64,000 nucleotides of DNA from Chrysomallon squamiferum. Lineage: Eukaryota > Animalia > Mollusca. Shown one piece after another: positions 1 through 13,614 of the stretch. The notes under the pieces are model-generated. The model searched no databases. It was not told the origin of the DNA and saw only the letters and a list, made by a program, of their open reading frames with translations. The stretch lies in the NCBI GenBank assembly GCA_012295275.1, contig CM022679.1:5580001-5644000 (forward strand). The letters run 5' to 3'. Positions within the stretch are counted from its first letter, which is position 1, and every line of letters starts with the position of its first letter. A program made the position numbers and the translations under genes.

Positions 1-190
1 AAAACATTTTATATTTGTCTTATGTTCTAACACCTCCCCTCTTAAAAAAAAAAAAAAAAAAAAAAATCCCAGCATAATGTTTGAATAATTGTACTGTTTA
101 AACTGGAGACACTAAAACAGTAGCTGTCATACATGACTCCACAAAAACTGTTTATTTTTGCATCATTGATTTTTCAATAATTTGTTTCAG

Positions 191-2134
191 GTTACAATTT
201 TTGATCTTGAGACAGCAAATGCCAATAAGAATATTAACCAAGCAATTCTCAGTGCCTTGATTAAAGGTTATTTGTGATTTTTATTACTGTTTGAGAAATC
301 AAATAATAATAATAATTGGTAAATAAATCTAAATATATATATATATAACTGGGCCATAATAGAAAAAGTTGCAGTTCACTGAACTTTATTGCAGACCATT
401 GGCTTGAGTGACAAGTCCTTTGATTGGCCTACTTGGTACCACCATGATGGGAAAAGGCTCATAGCATTTTCTTGATAGGTTTATGTATGTAGATAATAAA
501 ATCAGATGATGGCCTTTTCACCCAGAAATCTTTCTTAGGATGACCTTATATTGGACCATCAAATTTAAGAAACAGATAACCTACTTTTATACATGCCAAT
601 ACTAATATTCTTAAAAGGTATCTAATGCCAAGAACACTTCATAATAAATATTTTGAGCATTTATTTGTTCTAACATAGTTTTAGTTAATGTTACAATAAA
701 TCTGGTTTATCATCAGTTAACAGGAAACATAATTTCATTCACTTGTTTCAGCTTCAGAATTTTTTTAGATGACTTTAAATGATTGGAATAAACTTGTGAC
801 ACTGATTCTGATTTTGGCAGATATTCCAACAGAGTGATGAGGAAAAGCTGCAATCCAAAAAACTGTAGCTTAATCAGGGATCTGTTATATCTGGAGCCAT
901 ACTTTTGAGGTTTATATATATATATATATATTAGGATATGGAATTGATAGAAGATAAAAACACACAATTTGAGTTACAAATTGTTATTATAGATAGGGTG
1001 ATATAATATTCCTGTTTGTGTTAATATTGAAATAATATAATACTGAAATGTTATAACAGTATCTGCAAAAATTGATCTTGGTTCATTTGTTTAAATTTCA
1101 GTATTTTTCTGTGGTGCTGAACATGAATTACTTTAAATGGGAGGAAAAGCTGAAATCTGAAAATGTTTTAGTTTGACCCAAAACTGGTGATCAAGGTTTG
1201 AGGTTTATAAAGATATTATGATGAGGAATTGTTAGGAGGATTCAAAACACACAATTTAAATGCTGAATTGTTATTATACGATGATTTCATTAAAAGTTAT
1301 TTCTGATAAAGTTTTGCCCACCCCAAAAATGTGCTTCAAGATTTTCTCCACAGATTATACAGTTTTCACGGTGAAAATGATAGAAAGCTACTCAGTTCTC
1401 TCATTTTATTATCTACACAGAACTATCAAGAAAACACTATGACACTTTGATCCTCAGGGTGGTACCAAATTTTGCTCTGTCTCATGGACTATTCTGCATA
1501 TCCCTCTTTAGTAACTATATCCAACTTTAAAAAATCTATTTTATTTATTTATTCGTATTTATAAAATATTTAAATTTATAAATAGACTGGTTTACATTAT
1601 ATGAATATTTTACATCATTTTTAGCCAAGAAAGTAGATAAAAGTACTCAGCTAAAATTGGCTCTAGAGTGGAATTGCTGTGACATTGCCAGGAATGAAAT
1701 ACTCACCAAAGAAAACCTGAAGGTAAGTTAATTAGTTTCTGTTTGCAGAATATACTTTACTAACTGATATTAGTGTTAAACATGTATTAAAAGTGACGAT
1801 TCTCAAGCATATCTGAAGATAAATCAAACCAGTAATTTGATATTTTATTCTTTTTCAACATTAAAAGTGGTAAAATTCTTCTATAGTAAAAATATTAAAA
1901 TTCTTCTATAGTAAAAATATTAAAATTCTTCTATAGTAAAAATATTAAAAATTATAATATGTTGTTAAAATTTGTAACATAACATTATTATCTATTTTAC
2001 TGATTTGTCATTCCTGGCTTAGATATAACAAGATAAAAAGATACAGTAAAATTAATTATTTCCTTATTTTTTTCTTTTTACTTTCATTTTTTTGTACATC
2101 CTAATTAATTTGTATTCTTATTGTTTTTGTTATT

Positions 2135-2174
<40 letters not shown>

Positions 2175-5100
2175 TTTTTTTTTTTTTATTTTTATTTTAT
2201 TTTAATTCAGAAAATAAAATTAGATGATACAATGATGACAGCTCTTCTGGAAGATAAAGCAGACTTTGTAAATCTTTTCATTGACAGTGGTGTTGACTTG
2301 AAGGAGGTTTTGACCAATAAAAAGCTTCAGGATCTCTATAAAGTAATAAGTTAAAATTAAATTACCTATTGTTATTATTATTTAAAAAAAAATTATTATC
2401 TTATGTTCATTTACTTTACTAAATTTGATTGTTAAATTAGTATTATTATTTTCTGATTGTTTCTTAATTTTTAAAAATGTTTTATATATTTCAATATTTT
2501 TTTTTTTTTATTTATGTTGTTATTATTTATTTATATATTTCTCATCCTTTAAAGTTACTTTTCCATTTTTTAATTGCCTTTTTTTTTTTTTTTTTTTTTT
2601 AACAATCCCACACAATCAAATATTTTTGGGATTTGTTCTTATTATTTGATTATTTTAATTTTTTTGCTTCAGCAAGATAATAACAAATGTGACACACAGT
2701 TGCAGTTTTTAAAAAATCTGATTAACCATGTCACGGTAAGTATTTTGATTATTTAACTCAGTATCACACTGACTAACCACATCACCTTATAGCTGTTAGA
2801 CCCCTATAAAAAGTTTTATGCAAACAATGTAGAAAAGTATAATATGATCTTAACAACCTTTTCTAACAATGTTTTCTAACAACCAGTTGTAGTTTGTTTT
2901 ATATAATGCACAAAATAGAAGACACATATATGTGTCATATGTTCTTTTTATTTTGTGCATTATGTGTCCATCAATTATCATATTTACATTGCATTATACT
3001 TATCTTTAAAAATTAAAAATAATAATAAAGCAGTTTCTTTTTATTCATATCACTTTGTTTTTTTCTCACTAATATAATTATTATGTCTTTCTGTGTTTAT
3101 TTCTGCAGGACAAATCAACAAAAGATGATGAAATCTTGTTGACCGATGTCAATAAACTCATTGAATTCCTGCTGAAACAACAGCCATTTAACTTCTACTC
3201 AGGTATGCATTCCACAGACTATATTATTCAGGCCATTTCTATATTTCTGACAGTGTTACAAAAAAGAAGTATATAAATGCAAACATGTAAATGCCCTGCA
3301 GTTGTTGCTTAGTCTTCATCATAGTTCATGTTTTGTTACAGGAGTCAAAATTATTTTCAGGTCTTCCTGTGAAATGACATTCTCATATGTGACATTATTG
3401 TAATGTAATCCATTGTAGTGACACTTAAACATAATTTATAATAGTTTCATAATTTTATAAAATCAATGAAACAAAGGTGTACAAAATAATTGAAAGTGAC
3501 TAAATAAACAATAAACAAAGTTCAATTACTAGAGTTTTTTAACTTCTCTTTTTCTCTCATAATTTTGCATCTGAAAATTCTAAACAGAAATCTGTGGCAT
3601 GTGCTTATTTGTATTATTACAGTAATTTATTGTTAGAAATATTTTGTCTTCAGTAGAATTATAAAACAATCACTTCAAAGGCATACATATTTGTATATAT
3701 GTGTGTCTGTCTACATGTATGTTTTTGTGTCTTTATATTATCTACTTCTTTTCTTTAATAAATATTTTAAATATTTTTGTAGATTTATATTTTTTTCTGT
3801 ATTTTATAAGTTAGTTCATAGTAAAATTTACCAGTATAAAATTGTTAACCAGTTATTTGAGCATAATTTGACAAGAAATTATCTAACATATTAAATTATA
3901 GGAAAGCACTAATAAAAATAAATGTTTTATGTTGCACATTTTCATGACACTTAATTGCTATTATTCTGTAGTAACTAATGTTAAAGAATTTATATATAAA
4001 GAAAATTCTTGCTTTTAGAAGGTAAAAATGTTAATAAATTTCCATTCATTGCAATATTAAAAAAAAAATTCACAAAATTAAATAAGTTATTTTGTACACT
4101 ACTAAGATTTTTCTTAATATTTTCTTTTATCAGTTTAATAATATTATTATTATTCATTTTTTTTTTTTTTTTATATAAATATTATTTTATTTTAATTTTA
4201 TTCAATTTATTTTTTCTTTCTTTCTTTCTTTTTTATGTTTATGTTTTTGTTACTTTTTATTTAATAATACTTATTAAAAAGAACATTTTATTTTTATTTT
4301 ATTCAATTTATTTTTTTGTATTAAATTTCTTTACTCTTTATAGTATGCCTTTTTACAATGCTGTTTTATAAAACTAACAGCTTTTTTATTTAAAACATGT
4401 CATTATTAAAACTAAACTATTAGAATACACACACTTACACATAAATGTACATTTTTATTTAAATATTGATACACAATCATATGTATTCAAGATGTTATGT
4501 ATACACATAACAAATGCACATGCAAACACACACACACCTACACAAACACACACACATTGGTTTTGAAATGGAATGGTGAAGAAAAACATAGTTTGTATTG
4601 TGCATATCTGTTAAGTTTGAAAAAATATCTTTTATAAATATTTTTGTTGTTTTTTTAGGGTTTTAAACATGTTTTTATATAAAATGCAATAACTGAGGAC
4701 AGTTGTTTTGAATTTTTTTTAGACAAAGACAAATCTGAACAGAAACCATCACATATTAACACTATTTTTACACTTGTTGTAATGTACATCTTCAGATCTG
4801 TATAAAAGGTTTTTCAATTATAAAAACAATCACATGGATTTAAAGTTTTTTTTTTCCTGTTGTTATAATAAAAATGCATCTTCTTCATAACTGTAAATTT
4901 AGGTTTTCTATCAGACACACATACTTGGTTTTGAAATGGAATGGTAAACAAAAAATAAAAATTCATTTTTCTAGTTTGTTTTTGTTTATTTTTTTTTTTT
5001 TTTTCCATTTCATTATTCGTTTGTTTACATTTTAAATATCTTTTTTTTGATAAATATTTTTAGTTGTTTTTTTTGGGGGGTTTTTTGTTTTTTTTACTTA

Positions 5101-5568
5101 TATATAAATGCTTAATAACTGAGTTCTCAGACAGTTGTTTTAAAAATAAATCTAAAGGGGTTGTTCTTTTTTTCCAGTTATATTGTACAGACAAAGACAA
5201 AAAGGTTTGTCAACAGTAGAATTATCAATCACTACAAAGGGCTACATAACTGTATTTTGACTGTTGTTGACATGTACATCTTGTGTTTTTTTTAATAAAC
5301 ATTTTAATTATTTTTGTAGATTTATGTATATTTTTCTGTATTTCGTAAGTTCCTTCAAACTAATATTTACCAGTATAAAATTTGAGCATAATTTAACAAG
5401 AAATTATCTAGCATACTGATTTTAAATTATAAGAAAGCACTAGCACTAATAAATATAAACTTTAAAACCTTTTTTTCATGACACATAATTGTTATTATTT
5501 TTTAAAAATTACTTTTTTATATAAAATATTATTATCATTATTTTTGTTTTATTTTTTCATTTTTACTT

Positions 5569-5599
<31 letters not shown>

Positions 5600-8500
5600 T
5601 TTTAGTTTATTGGGGCTTTTTTAGGGTGTTTTTTAATTATATAATACAATTTATTTGGTACCTGGAGAATAAGTGACTTCATGTGGTGAATGTTTTCAAA
5701 AGTAATGGCAGTGCTTGCTTTAAATGAAATATATACTTAAAATTAATTATATTATGCCCAAAAATAATTACCATAAATATTGAATATTACAATCTTGAAT
5801 TTACTAAAAAAAATAGCCACATTACTTCCAGAGTGTGAACTGTCATTATTTAAACAAACCACTATTGAATACTTCAGAAATAAACACATTTGCACATTCA
5901 TGCATAATCATGCAGCTAAGTAATGCACATATTTAGATAAATAACACCTACACCTAAGCCAAAAGCACACGTTTACATACATACATAACATATGCAACAT
6001 AAATGCATAGATCTTACTTACATAACACACACATACAGAAGTACAAAAACAGGAACACAGATTTAAAGTGTTCGAATAAATCCAAATGCATACATTGTAT
6101 TTTGAAATGTCATAGTCCACCAATACATAGTTTGTATTATACATATCTGTTATGTTTGGCATAAAAAACCTCTTTGATGAAATCAATTTTTCACAAATGT
6201 AGTGTTTAAGTATTGTAAATCTTAGATCATTTGCCATGTGCAGAATGGGGTGATTTGTATTTCCACCTGTGTATTGTCTGTGCTTTCAAAGTTATCTTTA
6301 GTTCTACTGCATGGTGTCAGGCATTTATTTTATGAATTTGGATGTGAATTCCAGCTGTAATATTGAAAATACTAAACCTAAATCATGCTGGATATAGCAG
6401 TGATTACTTTTAAATACATTTTTATTGCAATTTTACTTATTAGATATTCTCTTTATTATTTATATAATTTTCATTATATAATCCTAATAAGCTTTTTCAG
6501 TTTAATTTAAAAAAGTAAATAAATAAACTTTACTAATTTTCATTATTTTATTTTATTTTATCTGTCTAACCAATTATCACAGTTGTTGTTGTTGTTGTTT
6601 TTATAGGTTGAGCATCCCTTAATCATAAATTCAAAAAATTGAAAATATTTGAAATCCTAAATTTTTGGGGATCAGCCAAAATAGCTTAAAGTTTTCAAAT
6701 TATCCTCTAAATAATCTTTAAAATTTTATTTTATTTACAGATGGAAGTATATCCAGTCAAAGGACAAAGGAAATGTTTAAAGAAACATCTGATTTTGAAA
6801 ATCCAGAAAAAGAATTATTTATCTGGGCTGTTCTCTTCAACCACAGGGAAATGGCTGCACTGTTCTGGCAGCTTGGAAAAGACCAGCTAGGTAACAGAAA
6901 CCTAAAATATTATTATACTTTAAAATATTGATCATTTGTATGATAATATGAAATAAAAATAAATTGATTTGATATTCGACTACTGTGATTAAGATTTTTT
7001 TAAAGAAATATTACTATATATTTATTTTTGTTTGATATTGTTGTGGTTGGTGATGTCATTGCTGATATTTGTGTATTTGTTTTTGTTTTTCTGGTTTATT
7101 TTTTTTTCTGTTTTTTTTTTTTTTTTTTTTTGGTGGGAGATGTTGCTTTGTTATGTTTATTATTTATTGCATCTTAGTACAATAACAGTCACCCAGGAAG
7201 TGATAGATCCACAGATCAAATCTTCTCCTATTTCACGTTATTATTTCCATTCAATCTTGTCCCTGGTTTTTAGTGTTTCAAAGTTTACTGTACATGCTTC
7301 TGTCTTAAACATAATCTTTAATCTTGTGCTGTTTCAGGAGCGGGGCTGATTGCCTCTGCCCTGCTGAAATCTCTGTCTGAACAAGCTGAAATTAAAGAAG
7401 AATTGGAACTTAGTCAAAGTCTGGCAAGTCATGCAGAGTAAGTAATCATTTCACCAACATTTAGTATGTTTGAAGTTTTAATTAATATTCCATTGAAAGA
7501 AATTTGTAAATATAAATCTCTTATCCATATACTTTGTGAGTTTGCAATTTCTAATTAATGTTCTGTTGAAAGAAATTTTTAAATGTATTTCTGTTATTCA
7601 CATGGGTTGACCAACTGTGAGCACTATTTTTTGCATTCATTCCACTCAACTGATCAGTAAGTTCAGATAAATGTTGACCTGGTCAAAGGAGATCTAAAAA
7701 AAACTCACAAATTAAAAAATATAACAATAGTTGGGCCCTGAAGCTAACTACTATAGATATCATGCATAGATAGTAAGACAAATACTTTATAAGTTATAAT
7801 AGATTGTCTGTGAATAGTACAATGTTGTGTCCTAAACTTGTCACAGGGATTCCCTTACATTGTAAATATATATCTGTCTCAGGCAGGTCACTACCTGCAT
7901 TGGCTTGGTTGTAGGGGTATCCATATGGGATCTATGATTTGGATTCAAGTCCTGATTCACATCACAGACCATATGGGCTTACTTTTTCTGAGGTGACCTC
8001 ACTAAAACAACCAACTGGGCATTATCATATTTTGTTTTAAAACAGTCTCCGATGAAATGGTTTTCCCCATTACAGTAAGTGCATCATGGATGAAAAGGTC
8101 ATACATTTGCTGATAATGACAATTTAGCCTTATTCTGCCCACCAAATGCCTTCCTTGCCTGACTAGCTGACCAACTACATGAACCTCCCCGATAGTTATT
8201 TTTCCAGGAAAAAGTTGGTTGAAAATTCCTCAGCTCCCTTTGTTGTGCAGAACTATCCGTACTGCCTGCTTTGTTAATTAAAACTTGTAATTTCGACTAA
8301 TTCGGCCTTTGGTGCCCACCTTATGTGCTCTACATTGAGCATATGCAGCAAATTCTTATCCATCTTGGTATGTTTATTTATAGCATACATATTCACTGTA
8401 GTGAACAATGTTGTTTAGGTCTTGTGAATTGCAAAGAAAATTTATAAAGCCGCCAATTATAAATCACATTTCAAATAGATATGTCTCTGTTTCAGATCCT

Positions 8501-11500
8501 GGACCAAGACCCCAATTTTTTTCTGATTACTGTCCAAGTTGGCTTACTCTAGGGGTATCTGATATGGGATCTATGTATGCAATATATTATAAATACTGTA
8601 TCACATTTTTGTGCACTAGAACACAACAAACACAAAATACTTTTAAAAACTATATTCTCGCTAGCATTGAACATTCAATATAGTAGTAAAGTCTGATATA
8701 GATGAATAGAAATATTGTAATCTGTCACATCAATCACATACAGGTGAAAACAGCAAATATATATATAAGTAGTTACCAAGTGTGTTCAGGGGACAGTGAC
8801 CTTTCCACATGAATCATTCCACAGTTCTCCCCCTAACAAAACAATCTCTGGGCTTTTTTAAGAAAGAAAAGTGACTTGTGTTATTTGGCAACATCTTATG
8901 AACCTTGCTGCTAAACGTCTGTTGCTATATCATTTTGCAAAACAATAACTCATAACAACTACCATTTCCAAGGTGATAATGTTGTTTGAAGATTCTTCTG
9001 TCACACTTGTATTTGAAGATTAAAGAGAAAATCATGGAAAGCAAACGTTATCAAAGAAATACCTAAAAATATTTAATATAGGTTGCATGTTAATGGAAAG
9101 ATTTTTCACAATAAGCCTACTTCATAATAACAGTGATCTTTGGCTATGCTATGGGCAATGTTGTCAGGTACCACAAAACCAGAACCTGGAATATTTATAC
9201 TTGATTGTACAGAAAAACTAGAGAGTACAGAAAGTAAAAATATAAAATGCTATATATGAAGCAATAACAAATTAAGAAGGAAAGAATAGAAATAAAATGG
9301 ATAAGTGACGTTATGTTTTTATTCCAGGTCATTTGAAAGACGTAGTACAGAACTATTGTCACAGTGTTACGATAAAGACAAGAAGATGTCACATGAGTTG
9401 TTAGTTCGAAAACTACCATCATGGGGAGACCTGACATTGTTCAGGATTGCTGATACCTACAGCATGATGGACTTCATGGAATATTCTTCATGTCAAACAA
9501 AAATTAACAGCATCTGGAAAGGTCAGATGGTGCCATATACTCCTGAACCATTGGTATGTTTATTAAATATCTCACATCTATAAATATCATAATTCATAGC
9601 AAAACAGAATTGAAACTTGAGGTGATATGAAAGATTTTGCATATAGTGACCAAATATGTCCACACATAATTTAAACTCATTATATAATTATAATCTAAAA
9701 TTAATTTCTGTTTTTTCTTATAAAAATAAATAGTACCTTTTTTTTTAGATATTCTTATCCTTCTTCCTCTCTTTATAAGTAATTATTCAGTTTGATCTTT
9801 CTTTTTATACTGATTCTGCTCCATCAGAGATTTTTTCCTTGTTACAGATCCTCCTTTGTATTTTCCTTCCTATATTCCTTCCTTTGATCAAATTCACTTC
9901 CAATGACAATCCTATTACCATCATCAGAGATGGATTCATTGTAACAAGGTTGTTGATCAGAATAAGTCTGCTGCATCAGAATACAAAGTGACTCTGTTTG
10001 GCAATGATCAAGATAGTATCAACATTCTATCTGCTTGGTTATATTTCTGTATTGCCCCAGTCACTAAATTTTTCTTCAATGTGGTAGGTGTTATGAATGG
10101 TGGTACATTCATTTAATATTGTCTGGTGTTTGTCAAAATATTAAAGAAGCTGTTTTACTTTAATAACTAGTTATAATCCTCTTAAAGATCTAGTTAAAAA
10201 ATTCCACTATTTTAAATTGTTTTTTCTCTCCATATCAGTATTTTATTTTATGTGTACTGTCCTGATTTTTATTTATAAATGATCAGAATAACTCACATTT
10301 TTCTGTTTGTCTATCTCTGTCTGCCTTGGTAACATTTTCCATGTCTCTCCTTTTGTAATGTTTTTGAAATTAGTGCAAACAAAAATAAATTTCTGTTACT
10401 TTTTTCAGCTGTCCTATGTTGTGTTCCTAGGCATTTTCAGGCTACTTTGTGTTGGTGGATCTCCGACCTGTGGGAGAGCCACAGTCTCCATCCAAGTGGG
10501 AAATTATTGCATGGATCTGGATTGCTACCATGATCATTGAAGAAATAAGACAGGTGTGCAATCATTTATCTTAGATTAATTTCATCTCAATCAGTGTCTA
10601 TAAAAATAAACTAAATCATTTTCTATGTTATCATGTTATCATTTTGTTTCTTAGTTATTCAGAAACTGTTGAAAACAAACATCCTAAATGTTGTTGTTTT
10701 ATATTCCTGTTGTCTGTGTATGTGTGTGAGCTTTAAATATTATTTTGCAGAGAGGTCTTCATCAAATACAAAATATTTTACTTCTTTCTGAATGTGATAT
10801 ATTTTAATTTTTTCAAGATTTTTATATATAATACATGAAATACAAGACATTTTATTTTTTGTCTCCAATAAGTTATTCCACATTTTTTCTAGATGTTTAT
10901 CCTTAATGAGCTCTCCTACTAATATAGATATATTACTTTTTCCTCGATTTTTGTATCTGATAAACATTCCATCAAATATGAGATTTTTAATTTCTGCAAA
11001 ATAAAAAAATATTCTACATATTTTCCATTATCACTTCTGTGCACCAAACGCAAGATATATATGTGGACATTTATTTTTTCCTCCAGGTTCTTAACCGCAG
11101 TGAGGACTCCATCAAATACAAGATTCTGAACTGGTTTTCTAACATCTGGAACAAGTTTGACCTACTCATGTACAGCATGATGATTCTGTGCATCATTCTG
11201 CGTTTCTGTCTAATTACCTCAAACTTCAGCTGGGCTCGCAAAATGTACAGTCTGACACTGATCTTGTTTTATTTTAGATCCATGCAGTTCCTTCTCGCAG
11301 CAAAAAACATAGGGCCTAAAGTGATCATGATATATAGAATGGTAATGTAGATATTAATTTCAAACAATTCATCTGGAACAATTCATCTTCACAGTTGGGG
11401 AAGGTTTTGTTTCTTTTTGGGTTTTTTTTTATTCATCTATTTTTTATTTATTTATTTATTTATTTTTTGTCTTTGTTATTGTTGTGTTACTATTTTATTA

Positions 11501-13583
11501 ATAATAATATTATTATTGTACCTTAAATTCTTTTATTGATAACATGATCATTTTATAATCATAATCATAACATTTATTTCTTAAAATTACAGTTTATTTT
11601 AATATTTTATTATTACTACAAAATTGTAATTGTCACTGTTTTGAATTTTATGATGTTTATTTTTGTCTATGTATTTGTTTTATTTATGAATACATACATT
11701 TGCAGATGTTATTTAATAATCTTTTATTAACTTATTTTTCAGCTCACTGATCTGATGTATTTCTTCTATATCATGCTTGTGTTTGTGGTCAGTTTTGGCA
11801 TTGCCTACCACATCAACATGTACCCAAATTCACCACAGTCATGGACAATTCTTAAGAATGTGTTACTGATGCCTTACTTACAGATGTATGGAGAACTTTT
11901 CCTAGAAAACGTGCAAGGTAATTATTTTATTTTACTTATTTGAGAAAACTGTCCAGTTAGAATCTAATTTCTGAAATTTCATACTGATACAGTATCAATA
12001 CTTAGTGTTGCAATTTGAATTTTTTTTCAAATAAAATATGTATTACCATAGCATCTGTTTTTCTGAATCTGGAAAGATGTTTGTAAGACTGATAAATCTT
12101 TATTCAGAGGACTGCAATATATGTTAGCAATTACAACTATATGTCATTTCAGAACCTGGAGATTTGAAACCAATTACTTAACACTCAAGAAGTACTTCCA
12201 GATCATTTGTTTACTTTATCTGGCTACATATTATTCATGATAACAAACACCAGTCTGTACAAGGAACCATTTAAGTATTTACTGATTTATTTGTACTTAC
12301 TTACTTAATTTATTTACTTTATTGGCATAATATTTAAGTATTAACTTACTCACTTGTATTTGTTTGTTTATTTGTTTGTTGTTCAGGTGATGAAATATCA
12401 GGCTGTACACGTAACCAGTCTATTTGGCAGGAGGATCCTGATCTGCGATGTCCAGAAGCCGATGGTCTGAGCACTCTGTTGTTGTCTGTGTACATGCTGC
12501 TGACAAACATTCTCCTTGTCAATCTTGTCATTGCCATGTTCAGGTTAGTCAAAGATTTTAAAGTCACACTATAATGTTATTACAGAGGTATGGTAAAGAT
12601 ATGACAGATATTTGTTAAACTATAGCTTTTTTTTTTTTTTTTTTTTACTAGTTACAATTTGAATGAAGGTATGAATATATAATATGAGTACATTTTGTAT
12701 ACTTTTATATTATTATTGTTTGAAATTCAAATGTACACCTTACAGCACAATAAATAAATTATTACAGTATAATAACAAGTATACTTCTCCTGTTTTTAAC
12801 ATTATCAAAAATCCACTTACTCACTTGGTAGAATACCATTATTTTTCAATGACTAATTTCTATCAGATGCTGGTTTTCTTTTATTTGTTATTTTCTTTCC
12901 TTCTTTCTTTCTTTCTTTATTTATTTTAACATTTCTATTTAAGCAAAGATGTAATGAAGAAAAGAAAATGTCAGCCTCCATGCATCTTCAAGAGTTTATT
13001 TTAATTTGTTAACCTAACTCTGTTTTTTCCTTTCTTTGTTTTTTTCCAGTTACACATTTCAGTCAGTTCAAGGCAAATCAAGGAAAGTATGGCGATTTCA
13101 TCGCCTCTCTCTCATAACTGAATACCAAGATTGCCCCACTCTTGTTCCTCCCTTTATCATTTTAGACCATTTGTTCCAAATTATTAGATGGATACTATGC
13201 ATGACATGTCAGCCCCGGCTCAAATTTAATGCTGATAGTTAGTACTTTTTTATATAACTATCATAGTAAAGCACTATTCAGTAATAAAAATATTGTGAAT
13301 TTGTGAAATGTAAAATAATACTGAAAATATGTCTGTTAAAATTACCACTCAAGATGTTATTAAGCAGCCAAAGTGTTCTTTCTGTGCATCAGAGATATTG
13401 TTTTGTTTTCAACTATTACAGATATACAAAAAGTATGTTGCAGTTATTGACAGAGCATTTTCTTTTCTGGATATAGATATTTAATTATGATTAAGAAAAT
13501 GAGTAAAACAATTATTTTATTCTTTTTGTGCTGACAAACAATACCATCATAAACACCAACAAAACAAAAAAAAAAAAAGAATA

Positions 13584-13614
<31 letters not shown>

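Noticed and set aside
700-6300. Many 60-120 aa ORFs rich in F, L, I, Y, K (here and throughout the window)
   Set aside because: Translations of AT-rich intron and microsatellite sequence with no family motifs.
9848-10553. Alternative splicing or programmed frameshifting that rescues the two TRPM-A indels
   Set aside because: The candidate internal donor (9948) and acceptor (10441) give the wrong phase, and the shifted frame has a stop at 9989.
12346-12567. Conserved antisense ORF in both paralogs (also 44066-44254, 9195-9437, 40628-40813)
   Set aside because: Shadow frames of real TRPM exons; conservation is explained by the sense gene.
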